NCBI GenBank assembly: GCA_002104905.1
Contig: MCFE01000395.1
Span: 1 to 64,000 of the forward strand
Length of the DNA: 64,000 nt
From: Basidiobolus meristosporus CBS 931.73
Lineage: Eukaryota > Fungi > Basidiobolomycota
Direction of reading: 5' to 3'
Program-made: the position numbers and the translations under genes
Notes under the pieces: model-generated
Databases searched by the model: none
Told to the model about the DNA's origin: nothing
What the model saw: the letters and a program-made list of their open reading frames with translations, nothing else
Shown: piece after piece, positions 37,970 through 51,196 of the stretch
Position numbering within the stretch: the stretch's first letter is position 1
Layout of the letters: the number at the start of each line of letters is the position of its first letter

Positions 37970-40900
37970 TGTTATGATCTGCCGCTTGAATGTTTAAGTT
38001 AGATCAGTTTTTAGTCAAATCAATTAGTATATGCTTAGGTTATCAGTATATCAGTATTATCTAGCATGTCAGTAGCATTAGTCAGCAAATGAATCAGCAG
38101 ATCCTTATCAGACAGAAATAGATATTTAGTAGGATCTTATTGGGTGATGATGATGTAATCAAATGAGTCATCAGCCACAACCTACATTAGGAAATACAAT
38201 TAGTCAGCAATTGATCTGGTAAAATGTATATAAGGAGCTGCTGGAACCTCAATAAAATCAGTTCAAGTTTTAGTGAATACAATACTAGTTAAACTCCCTA
38301 TTCCTCTATAACTCTTAAGCCAAGACTTGTAACATTGGTAGCAGCAATAACCAGAAACCTCCCTCCTGAAGAAAGAAGAAATCACACTCAAGATGTTGGA
38401 CAATCAAGAATGGAGAATGCCATGCAGCAAATCCTGAACCAACAGCAACAGTTACTCCAGATCCTCAGCCAATAGCAACAAGGAATGACTACCATGGCTC
38501 AGAGCCAGCAAAACCCTGTCAAGAGCAACTTTAGTGTGAAGGTCAACTGGTACCATGGCAGAGTCAATGAAAACCTAGGAACTTGGCTCTTTCAGATTGA
38601 AGAAGCTTTTAAAGCTAAAGGAATTGCTCCAGAAAGCAAGTTGCATTATGCAGCTTCTTACCTGGCAGATGCAGCTTTACAGTGGTACCACAACAAGATC
38701 AGGCCAGCTACTATGATGGGATGCTCTACAATCTCTACCTGGGATGAGCTTGTGTTGGAAATTCAGGATGCTTTTGAACCTCCACCCCAGCAGACACTAC
38801 TAAGATTGAAGTTAAAGATACTCAGACAGAAAGGAATGGTTCAAGAATACATCTATGAGTAGAGATGTCTACTTGGACAAATTAAAAGAATGGGCCCCCT
38901 GGATCAAGTTACATACTTTATTGATGGGTTGAAAGAAAGTACTTGCAAGGAAGTAAATTATCAAAGACTTCAGACAATTGAAGAAGCCATCAAGATTGCC
39001 ACTGACTATGACTCAGCAATGTTTGGAGTTGGGAAGCCTACAGTGACTAATCAGAAAGGCTACAATCATTATGAAAGAAGACAGTCAGAAGCAGTACCAC
39101 TGGAAATAGACGCTAGGCAGAAGAATCCTACCTCAGAAGAATGTAAGAAGAAAGGACTTTGCTTCAGCTGCCACCAGCAAGGACATATTGCAAAGTACTG
39201 CCCTCAGAGAAGAAATGGACACCAGCCATCAAGAACCTTTAACCATATTGAGGCCATGGAGCATAGTAACATGGAAGATGAACTTGAAGAAGACTCAGAA
39301 CTCACCTTCCACATGACAGAAGAATATCCATCCCAGATGACCTGCCAAGATCATGATTGACTCAGGAGCATCAAATGAGTACATGTCAGAGCAATTTGCT
39401 CTGAAAGCTGGAAGCAACTTGGAACCTACCAAATCAACTTCAGTCTCAACAGCTGATGGGAACTCACATAATCAACCATATTACTCAGTCAGTAAGAATG
39501 AAGATCAATGACCATGAAGAAGACCTACAGGCTTATATATATATGGGAGCTGCAAGTTTGACCTTATACTTGGAAAAACCTGGCTATTTTGTTGTAATCC
39601 ATCAATCAACTGGAAAACCCATACAACTCAGATCCACAAGTATAACAGGACCTATGAGCTATTAACTGCCAGGCTGGATTTCAACTTGGTCAATTCCATT
39701 ATGTGTGAGACAAGTGAACTTAGCAAGACCCAGTTCTGTAGAGCACTTAGAAAAGGTACCCAGATGTTCCTCATGGCTGTATTACAGGAGGATTCCGCTA
39801 CACCAGCACCCCAGCAGGTCCAGACTCTCCTGAAGAAATATTCAGATGTGTTTCCAGATGAGCTTGTAAGCCTACCACCAGTTGGAGACATGGATCATGC
39901 CATTGACACAGGAGATAGCCCTCCAGTGAGCAAGACACCTTACAGAATGAGTCCATTGGAATTGGAGAAAATGAAGAGACAAATTGATCACCTATTGGAG
40001 CAAGGATGTATCAGACCCAGCAAGTCACCTTGGGGAGCACCAGTGCTTTTTGTGAAAAAGAAGGATGGAACACTTAGGATGTGCATTGACTACAGAGCCC
40101 TCAACTCAGTTACCATGAAGAATGCGTACCCCATACCTTGGATTGACAAGCTCTTGGACCAACTTAATGGAGCCACTATTTTCAGCAAGATTGACCTCAG
40201 GTCAGGATACAACCAGATAAGGGTGAAGCCAGAAGACTTCCCTAAGACAGCATTCAGGACCAGATATGAACATTATTGTTGAAATATTGGGCTATCTGGT
40301 ATCATTCAGCAGCTAAGAATTTACTTAACAATTCTAGACTAGTCTTAGTCACTGTAGGACTCATTTACTGCCTTAACTTTGCCACTTTCTCCAGATATTT
40401 GATCTTTTTATTATTTCCCTATAGTCAGGATCAAATTAGCACTATTACGAAACATTATGTACTAACCCTGAAGCTGTTACAGAATGCTCCTGAATACTGA
40501 GAAACCCTCCCTACTTAGTGATACAGCTGTATTACTTCTACAAAGGTATAAATACTGAGCTTCTTTATGAATAAACAATAGTTCAACTATTATCACTATT
40601 TCTTGATAAACTCCTTATATCCAAATCACTTCTTAAATTGCAACAGGTTATGAGCCCTGATTGCCTTAATCAATTCTAATGATGACTTCTACCAGCAAAC
40701 AGAGCAACTCCAACATCTTCCCTGTAAAGGGGAGGTCTGATGGGAAGAACTACAGACTTTGGAGAATCAAGATGCAGATCCATCTTGAGGAAAGAAAGCT
40801 TTGGAACATAGTAACAGGAAAGGAAGTTGAGCCCAAAGGAACAGCAGAAGATTTGGAGAAGTTTCAACGGAAGGAGAGAAAGGCCTTCAATACCATATTC

Positions 40901-43900
40901 ATCAATGTGCAAGATTCCTTCATTGGACAAATCCATGCCTCAAATACTGCCAAAGCAGCATGGGAATCCTTAGAGAAGATCTTTAGAGCAAAGTCAGTAT
41001 CAAGCAAGCTTTATTTGAAACAAAAGTTCTTCAACATGAGGAAGAAGCCAGATGATGACATGCTACAACTCATTAACAGAATGGAGACACTTACAGAAGA
41101 ACTTTACAGTATTAATGCTGGTGAAGATGATGAAGAAAAGATACTCTGTCTGCTTTGCAGCCTAGCAGACAAGTATGAGCCACTCATACTTTCTTTTGAA
41201 AGCAGAGAAGACAACTTAACTTTAGACTATGTAAAAAGAAGACTTCTCCATGAAGTACTCAGATGTAATGATCAAGCAGAGAAAATTGAAGATAATGCTT
41301 TATTCAGTTCAGAAAGATACACAGAAAAGAAGGGAAAGCAACAAAACCAAAGAAAACCTGGCTGCTGTAACTACTGTAAAAAGCCAGGACACTGGGCAAG
41401 AGAATGCAAGAAGAAACAAGCAGACCAAAAACAGAAACTAGAGCAGGCAAACCATACAACTACTGATGAACAGTTATTTGTAACTGTACAAGAGAGTGCA
41501 AATAACCAAAGTAATGAATGGTATATTGACTCTGGAGCATCATAGCATATTTGTGGTATAAAGAATTGGTTGAGCAACTTAAAGACTATTCCCGTAAGAA
41601 AGGTTTATCTGGGAGATAACTCTGCATTAGAAGCTACCAACAGCTTACAGCTAAATATGAGTGATAACTCAGGGGCAACAACAGCAAAACTGACTGACGT
41701 ACTCTATGTACCTGGAATAGCTAAGAACCTACTCTCAGTCAGTAAAGCAACTACTCAGGGACTGAAATTTGTTTTTACTAAGCTGAGCTGCTCAATGTTG
41801 AGTGAAAATGGACAAAAATTAGTTTTGGGAATCAGATATCACAATATATGCAAGTTACAATGCAAGATCGTTGTACCTGAGCATGTCAACATTGCTGAAA
41901 CTGATGAAACCAGCTGGGGGACATGGCATAGGAGGCTAGGACACATAGGGGAACAGAAAATGAGCCAATTGGTGAAAAATCAACTAGTTTTGGGCCTAAA
42001 TTACACAATTCCAATCAAATAGAATGTCTGTAAGGGATGTTCATATGGCAAACACGCTAGGCAACATTTCAAGAGCTCAGGAGGCATCAATACCACCAAA
42101 ATACTAGCTATTGTACACTCAGACATATGTGGCCCCATGAGAACACTGTCCTTTAGAGCCAAGAGATACTTTATGACGTTTATTGATGACAAGATAAGAT
42201 ATACATGGGTGTACTTCCTCAAAACAAATGATGAAGCTTTAGAGACGTTTAAGCACTTCAAGAACATGACAGAAACACAAACTGGGTGTAAATTGAAGGT
42301 GCTACAAAGTGATAATGGAGGAAAATACTGCTCAAAAGAGTTTGCAACATACTGCACATCTACTGGTATACTTCAACAGACTACTGTTCCTCATACTCTG
42401 CAGAAAAAAGGAGTAGCAGAACGTGCAAATAGAATGATAGTAGAGATGGGAAGATCTATGCTACATGATAAGGGAATGGACTACAAGTTTTGGGCTGAAT
42501 CTGTTGCTACCACTGTATACATCAAGAACAGATGCCCAACAACGGCACTACGTGAATCTACACCCTTTGCAGCATATACAGGCAAAAAACCAGATCTCCA
42601 GCACCTCAGGATCTTTGGCAGTGATGTTTTTTGTCACATCCCTGACAAAAAACGCTCAAAGTTGGAACCAAAGAGTAGGAAAGGGATCTTTCTTGGGTAT
42701 TTTGAAGATACTAAAGGGTATTGAGTGTATGATGGCAAAATTCAGAAGCTGATCAAGAGCAGGGACATTGTATTTGAGGAGAATTCAGATCATAAAGCCA
42801 CAGAAATCATTGGCCAGCTGCCTGATGATGCAATCAACACTAATGAAGAAGATACGTACCAAATCCAGCCAGATATGGAAGATACTTCTACCAGTTCCAG
42901 ATCAGAGCAGATTATCCCAGATAGGAGAACTACTAGAATAAGAAATGCCTCTGGATCCTGGTGGCAGACATCCAATGATCATGAAGAAGCGTATCTTGCA
43001 TTATGTGTCAAACCTCAGAATCTGGAACAGGCAATGCAAAGTCCAGATGCTACTATGTGGCAACAAGCCATGCAGGAGGAGTACTAATCACTGATCAAGG
43101 CAAAAACATGGGAACTGGTAGATTTACCAAATGGGAGAAAGCCAATAGGATGTAGATGGGTCTACAAGAACAAGATAACCTCAAATGATGCTGTTGATGA
43201 GTACAAGGCTAGAGTGGTAGCTAAAGGCTATTTCCAGATCCAGCGACTAGACTTTAAGGAAACATTTGCTCCGGTTGCCAAGTTTAACTCTATTAGGACA
43301 GTTCTAGCTCTGGCAGCTCTACACAGTCTAGATCTACACCAAATGGACGTCAAAACAGCCTTTCTAAATGGGGATCTGCAAGAAACTATATATATGGAGC
43401 AACCAGAAGGTTTTACCAATCCAAATGGCCCCCATAAGGTGTACAAACTTAGAAAATTGTTGTATGGGCTTAAGCAGGCACCCAGAGCATGGTATAACAA
43501 GATTGACATAAATCTAGAGGAAATTGGTTTCTCTTGTAGCACTGCAGATCACAGAATATATGTAAAACAGCTCAAAAAGGGTGTGATCATCCTAGTTCTT
43601 TATGTGGACAACCTAATTATAGCTACAAGTGACCAAGAGGCACTTAAACAGACTAAATCAGATCTCTTCAGCAAGTTTGAGATGAAAGATCCTGGAAAAT
43701 TGAGTTATTTTCTTGGAATTGAGGTCAGATTTGACATACCTATGCAGAAAACTGTGCTGAGTTAGTCTAAGTGCATCAGGGACATTCTTAGACGCTTCAA
43801 AATGGAAAATTGCAAACCTGCAGTAACCCCTATGTACAATAACCTGAAATTAAGCAAATCTCAGCCAGTTATAGATGAAAACAGCTCATATATGGACCAA

Positions 43901-46900
43901 AACTTTCCCTATCAATCAATGGTTGGTAGCTTAATGTACTTGATGGTGTCCACACGCCCAGATATTGCAGTGGCAGTTGGAATAGTCAGTCAATTCAGGC
44001 AGAATTATGGATCAGATCAAATTGCAGCAGTTAAACGGATTTTCAGATATCTACAAGGTACCATAAATATGGTACTGGGATACTCTGGAGCAGCTAATAG
44101 GCAAAAATTTGATGGTTATAGTGATTCAGATTGGGGTAGGGATCTGATTGACAGATGCTCTACCACAGGCTATGTATTTCTTTATGCTGGTGCAGCTATT
44201 ACTTGGAATTGCAAGAAACAACCAACTGTGGCCCTATCTACAACTGAAGCCAAATATATGGCTGCATGTCAAGCAACTAAGAAGGCTTTATGGCTACAAA
44301 AATTATTCAAAGACTTAGGTTTTGATTCAGATGAACCAACATGTGTTTACAAGGATAATCAAAGTTGTATTTCATTAGCTAGAAATCCTACTAATTGTGC
44401 CAGAACTAAGCACATTGATATACAGCATCACTTTGTGAGGGAAGCTCTAGAAAATAACTTAGTGGAGTTAGTTTACTGCCGAACTGACAAAATGGTGGCA
44501 GACATATTGACAAAACCACTAGCTAGACCACAGTTTGAGATCCTTAGAGAGAAATTGGGATTAAGAAATTATTTAGTTGAGGGGGATTGTTGAAATATTG
44601 GACTAGTTGGTATCATTCAGCAGCTAAAAGCTTACTTAGCAATTCTAGACTAGTCTTAGTCACTGTAGGACTCATTTACTGCCTTAACTTTGCCACTTTC
44701 TCCAAATATATGATCTTTTTATTATTCCCCTATAGTCAGGATCAAATTAGCACTACTACCAAACATTATGTACCAACCCTGAAACTGCTACTGGATGCTC
44801 CTGAATATTGAAAAACCCTCCCTACTTAGTGTTACAGCTGTATTACTTCTACAAAGGTATAAATACTGAGCTTCTTTATGATTAAACAATAGTTCAACTA
44901 TTATCACTATTTCTTGATAAGCTCCTTATATCCAAATCACTTCTTAAATTGCAACAATTACAAGTACTTAGTCATGTGTTTTGGCCTCACCAATGCCCCT
45001 GCAACTTTCATGACCCTGAAGCAGACTGTCTTCCAGGAGTACTTAGACAAGTTTGTCATAATCTACCTAGATGATATACTGATATACAGCAAGACAGATG
45101 AGGATCACTTGGTGCACATTGAAAAGGTCTTGAAGAAACTAAGAGAGAACAAGCTATATGGCAAGCTTGCCAAGTGTGAATTCTTCAAGGAACATGTTGA
45201 ATACCTGGGACACATAGTGACTAGCACAGGAGTGACCTTAGACCCTAAGAAGGTTGAAGTTATCAACAACCTGAAGCAGCCCCATAGCATATCAGAACTC
45301 ATATCATTCCTTGGAATGGCTTTCTATTATTGGAGATTTGTCAAGTCTTTTGCAAGTATTGCAGCCTCTTTAACTGATATCCTCAAGAAAGACAATACCA
45401 ACATGTGGGACATAGCTTGTCAGACTGCCTTCCAGACGCTCAAGAAAGAACTTGCTAAGCTTCCAAGCCTAAGAGTACCAGACTTCAAAAAAGTGTCCAC
45501 TCTGTACACAGATGCTTCATATTATGCAATTGGTGGAGTGCTGAGCCAAGAACACAAGGGAAAGGACTACCTGTTGCCTTTGGATCCAAGAAACTGAACT
45601 CAGCAAAACAAAACTATTGAGTGCATGAGCAGGAGATGCTTGCTTTAATACACTGTTTGAAGACATGGAGATGCTATATTGAAGGAGTCAAATGTACTGT
45701 GAAGACTGATCATGCCTCCCAGTAGTATATATTTACTCAGAAGGTACTCTCTAGAAGAATGACAAGATGGGGTGAATACAATCATCAATTTGACCTGGAG
45801 AATGTCTACTGCCCTGGAAAAAACAACAAGGTTTCTGATGCCTTATCAAAATTAGATCAAGTTTCACAACTCAACTTGGTGCATGAATCAGACTGGCCTA
45901 GCCTATTACCAAAGTACTTGGAGGACCAAGCCATTCCCAAAGAGGTGGATGAAGATATCACAAAGATAATCCGTGATGAAGCCAGCAAATTTGCAGTACA
46001 GGATGAAACACTCTACCAAATTGTTGATGGAAGCCCTATTGCCTATTGCCCTTATGTTTCTTGCCTGGATTTAATAACTAAGCTACACAATGGATATGGA
46101 TATCTTGAAATTGAAGGAACCTATAGCCTTGTGAAAGCCAGAGCATGGTGGCCCAGAATGAAACAAGGCATTGAAAAGCTAGTGAAACATGCCCAAGTTG
46201 CCAAATCAACCAAGGCCAACCACAGAGAATTGCTGAACTTTTTACCTTGGAGCCTGTAAGACCATTTAAAAGATGTGGAATTGACTTTACTGGAAGACTG
46301 CCAACTACTAGGAAATGCAACTGATGGATCCTAATAGCAATTGACCATGCCACAAAATGGCCAGTGGCTAAAGCTGTACATATAGCCAGTGAACAAGAAG
46401 TTGCAAGTTTCATCTACCAGATCTTATCTGATAGAGGAGCAAACTTTATGGCAAAGACATTAGAGGCTTACCTGGAAATGCATCAGATCAGACACTTGAA
46501 AACCTTGGTATATCACCCCAGAACTAATGAGGTCACTGAGCGGTTTAATGGATTATTTGGAAAAATGCTGACCAAGAATGCAAATGGAGTTGTCAGTAGA
46601 TGGGATGAATATATAGACCAAGCACTCTTTGCATGCAGAGTCAGAGTACACAACACCACCCAGCAATCACCTTTTACCTAGTGTATGGATGTGAACCAAG
46701 GATTCCAGGAGATCTCACACAACCAAAGCTTACAGACACCTTAGAAGATAAACTCAGTCAGCCAAGTAGACAACAGCAACTGGAACAAAGACGTCAAGAG
46801 GCACAGACCAAAGTATCTCAAAGTGCAGAAAAGATGAAGCAGCAATTTGATAAGACTATAGCACCAGAAGCATTGACAGTTGGGAACTTTGTATTGTTAA

Positions 46901-47500
46901 GAAACAACACTTGGAAGAAGTTTGAGCCACAATGGACAGGACCATTCAAGATCATCAGAGAATGTCCATTTGCAACTTACCAACTGGTGGACAAACAAGG
47001 CAACAACCAGGAAGACTTAGTGCATAGGGACAGACTCAAGCTTGCAAGACGTGCTAATAATACTGAACCATCAAGATATTGGTATCACAAGAAAAGAGAT
47101 TCAGGAGAACCCTCTCAACCTTGGTAGGGGTGAATGTTATGATCTGCTGCTTGAATGTTTAAGTTAGATTAGTTTTTAGTCAAATCAATTAGTATATGTT
47201 TAGGTTATCAGTATATCAGTATTATCTAGCAAGTCAGTAGCATTAGTTAGCAAATGAATCAGCAGATCCTTATCAGACAGAAATAGATATTTAGTAGGAT
47301 CTTATTCGGTGATGATGATGCAATCAAATGAGTCATCAGCCACAACCTACATTAGGAAATACAATTAGTCAGCAATTGATCTGGTAAAATATATATAAGG
47401 AGCTGCTGGAACCTGAATAAAAATCAGTTCAGGTTTTAGTGAATACAATACTAGCTAAACTCCCTATTCCCCTATAACTCTTATACCAAAACTTGTCACA
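37970..47500 (+). mobile_element. Gypsy-A3, decayed, carrying Copia-B2
   Basis: LTRs 37970-38334 and 47135-47500; TSD ATAG/ACAG; PBS TGGTAGCAGCA at 38336; PPT AGGGGTGAA. Confidence 0.93.
40277..44956 (+). mobile_element. Copia-B2, full-length decayed copia inserted in the Gypsy-A3 RT
   Basis: LTRs 40277-40645 and 44588-44956; TSD ATTAT/ATTAC; PBS 40646-40659; gag at 40679; RNase H YSDSDWG..DNQS..ADILTK present. Confidence 0.95.
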
Positions 47501-48084
47501 ACAGTAAGCAGGAAGCTATAGTTTTTTTTAACTCAAACTATATGTGGAATACCTAAGGTAGCAGTGGGTAAGCAAATAAAGAGGGGTGATTCTACAGTGG
47601 GATATATGGAATACACAAGGGGAGGTAGATAAAGGAAATACCATTTGGAAAATTGATATGGCAGCATTACATGGAGCTAGCTGTAGGCCACCATACTGCC
47701 ATAATACTGCCATCCAAGGCTGGCAGAGAGGCCATCAAAACACCATCAAGTTTTTTGCCATATAAGGCATTTGGATATATTGGCTAGTTAGATCCACTCA
47801 AATAGTTTTAGCAGACCAGCACCACAACAATGCCATGCCACCCTTGGCAAAACACTCTAGCAACATGGTTGTGTTTTTCAACTTTATTTTGCTGTAAATC
47901 AGCCAATTGCTATCATGATTCCATTGTAAGATTGTGTACATGGTCATTATTTCCAAGCTGCTGGTATTACAGCAGTCTCCTGGCCAGATCTTGATGGATT
48001 ATCCAGATTTGATCCACCTGCAGGACCAAACTCTTCTTTATGGGGTTGTTTTATGGGGTTGAGCAGGCACCCAAAGCATGGTTA

Positions 48085-49916
48085 AACAAGATTGACACAT
48101 ATCCAGAGGAGATTGGGTTCCCTTGTAGCACTGCAGTTCACTGTATCTGTGTGAAACTGTTGCAATTTAAGAAGTGATTTGGATATAAGGAGCTTATCAA
48201 GAAATAGTGATAATAGTTGAACTGTTGTTTATTCATAAAGAAGCTCAGTATTTATACCTTTGTAGAAGTAATACAGCTGCAACACTAAGTAGGGAGGGTT
48301 TCTCAATATTCAGGAGCATTCTGTAACAGTTTCAGGGTTAGTACATAATGTTTGGTAGTAGTGCTAATTTGATCCTGACTATAGGGGAATAGTGAAAAGA
48401 TCATATATCTGGAGAAAGTGGCAAAGTTAAGGCAGTAAATGAGTCCTACAGTGACTAAGACTAGCCCAGAATTGTTAAGTAAATTTTTAGCTGCTGAATG
48501 ATACCAAATAGTCCAATATTTCAACAGAAACAGCTTAAAATGGGAATAATTATCCTAATACTTTATGTAGACAATCTTCTATTAGCTATAAGTGATCAAG
48601 GGGCACTTAAACAGACAAAATGACAACTCATCAGCAGGTTTAAGATGAAAGATCTTGGAATATCAAGCTATCTTCTTGAAATTAAAGTCAAATCTGACAT
48701 ATCTACACCAAATATTGTGCTGAATCACTCTAAGTAGATTTGGGACATTCTTGATGCTTCAAAATGAAAAATTTTAAGCCTGGAGCAACCCCCTGGGACA
48801 ATAATCTGAAATAGATTGAATCACAGCTTGTTCTGAATGAAAACAGCTCATATATGGGCCAATGAAATCCCTATCAATCAATGGTTGTTAGGCTGATGTA
48901 GCTAGGGGTGTGTACAAGTCCATATATTACATTGACAGTTGGAATAGTCAGTCAACTCAGGATAAATATGCATCTGGTCAGATTTCAGCAGTTAAGCAAA
49001 TCTGCAGATGTGTGCAAGGTACCATCAATATGGTTCAGAAATTATCCAGAGCAGACAATAGGCAAAGATTTAATGGCAATAGTGATTCAGATTGGGGTAG
49101 GGATCTAATTGACAGATGCCCTACCACTGGGCACGTAATTCTATATGCTGGTTCAGTTTTTACTTGGAATTGCAAGAAACAACCATTTGTAGCCCTATCT
49201 ACAACTGAGGCGGAATTCATGGCTGCTTGCCAAGCAACTAAGGAGGCTATATGGTTACAGATATTATCCAAAGGCCAAGGTTTCACTTTAAATGAACCAA
49301 CATGTATCTACAAGGATAATCAAAGCTGTATTTCATCAGCTAGGAATTCTACTAATCATGCCAGTACCAAGCACATAGTTATATGACACCACTTTGTAAA
49401 AGAAGCTGCAGAAGGAGTTTAGTAGAGATAGCTTGCTGCCCAACTGAAAAAAAGATGGCAGATACATTGATAAAGCCACTACCTAGGCCACAATTTGAGA
49501 ATTCTGGAGAGAAATTGCGATTAAGAAATTTATTTATTGAGGGGGAGTGATAGAATAATGGACTGTGTGGTATCATCCAGCAGCTAAAAACTCACTCAGC
49601 AATTCTGTACTAGTCCTAGTCACTGTAGGACTAATTTATAGCCCTAACTTTGCTACTTTCTTTCAGATCTAGAATCCTATGATTATTCCCCTATAGTCAA
49701 GATCAAATTAGCACTTTTATCATAGACTAAGTACTGATTCTGAAGCTTCTACAGAGTGCTCCTTAAAGTAAAGATACCCTCCTTATTTGGTGCTGTATTT
49801 ATACTGCTCCCGCAAAGGTATAGATACTGCACTTCTTTATGAATAGGCAATAATGCAATCATTATTATTATCTCTTGATTTATTCCTTATTTCCAACACA
49901 CTTTTAAATTACAACA
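48085..49916 (+). pseudogene. Old Copia-B-like RT/RNase H remnant with a diverged 3' LTR (49548-49916)
   Basis: LYVDNL, SDSDWGRD, STTEAEF, KDNQS; PPT GAGGGGGAG. Confidence 0.82.
48158..48526 (-). repeat. Copia-B solo LTR
   Basis: TSD GAAAC at 48153-48157 and 48527-48531. Confidence 0.95.
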
Positions 49917-49919
49917 CCT

Positions 49920-50708
49920 CCTGAGTTGCTTGAAAAGCAGTCATATATTCTGCCTTACTTGTAGATATGGCTACAGTTGGTTGCTTCTTGTAATTTCAAG
50001 CAATAGCTGCACCAGCATAAAGAAATATATACATAGTAGTAGTGCATCTGTTGATTACATCTCTACCCCAATCTGAATATTCATAGCCAATAAATATTTT
50101 CCTATTGGCTGCTCAAAAGCATCCCAAAACCATATTAATGGCACTTTAGAGATATCTGAGAATTTGCTTAACGGCTGCAATTTGATCAGATCCTTAATGC
50201 TGCATGAATCAGCTGACAATTCCCAATGCCACTGCAATATTTGGACATGTAGATACCATCAGGTATATCATGCTTCTAATCATTAATTCATAGGATAGGT
50301 TTTGGTCCATGCCTGAGCTCTTTTCATCTGAAATTGGTTAAGATTTGCACAATTTCAGGTGATTGTCTATGAGGATTGCTCCTGGTTTGCAATTTTCCAT
50401 TTTAAAGCCAATAAGAGTGTTCCTGATGTGCTTGGACTAATTTAGAACAGTTTTCTGCATAGACATTCTAGATTTGACTGAGATTCCAAGAAAATAGCTA
50501 AATTTTTCATGACATTGCATCTCAATCCTGCTGGAGAGTTGTGATCTTGTCTGTTTAAGTGCCTCCTGGTCACTTGTAGCTATTATTAGGTTGTTGACAT
50601 AAAGTACCAAGATAATTAATCCCTTTTAAAGCTGGTCTACATTTATTCTCTGATCTGCAGTGCTGTAAAGGAACCCAACCTCCTCTAGATATGAGTCAAT
50701 CTTGTTAA
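49920..50708 (-). pseudogene. Old Copia-B-like RT/RNase H fragment
   Basis: Aligns to 22220-22720 and to the reverse of 43500-44280. Confidence 0.75.
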
Positions 50709-50848
50709 TGTTGCAATATTCTGAGAAGTAATGGAGGTGATGCAGAAAACTACAGGATTTACATGTTATTCACTTGTAGATTTATTGTTCCAAAGTATGG
50801 TATTAATACTTTTGATAAAGTAGAGCAAACAAATTTGTAGGGTTTGTT

Positions 50849-51196
50849 TGTTGTAAGAGTCTTGGAGATATTGGAAGTGATTGGGAGAACAAGTAAATTA
50901 TGGGGTTTTCACTTAATGATTTATTGAATGTAAAAGTATTATTTATACTTTTACCTGGTCTTGGCATTACAAACACGTGGAATAGGTTAAGGAAGGTCCC
51001 AAGAACATGTGTGCAAAGTTTGGGCTGTTTGGACAACTTTGAGAATTTTCATGTTCTGGGTACCTGGTATTTTGGTGAAAATATTCTAAGTAAATCCCAA
51101 CAAGGAATTTGGTCAGTATTTTCCAGGATTTGAAGGTAATGATCTAAGTGACTAAGTTAGGTGAATATTTAGGTGGAAATACAAATTTTTACAACA
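50849..51196 (-). repeat. Copia-A solo LTR
   Basis: TSD TTGTT at 50844-50848 and 51197-51201. Confidence 0.94.

Larger units (their letters stand above)
35275..48060 (+). pseudogene. CACTA-like transposase, most complete copy 4 (35275-37969 plus 47501-~48060)
   Basis: Cys/His-rich N-terminus; PACVNSCMAF..TCPNY; VFDGKHY; PDGF; SGPK; HTGWYCCQMC; YKFKDWMNW; GPCFTFWEFPMEQICG. Rejoins across Gypsy-A3 (GAGGATAG|TAAGCAGG, cf. 8931-8947). Confidence 0.82.

Noticed and set aside
37970-47500. Inner Copia-B2 LTRs look more diverged (~22 differences) than the outer Gypsy-A3 LTRs (~17)
   Set aside because: The counts are by eye and within sampling noise, so this is not a real clock paradox.
7090-48100. 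CACTA terminal inverted repeats
   Set aside because: No convincing CAC..GTG termini or TSDs were found, so element ends are not called.
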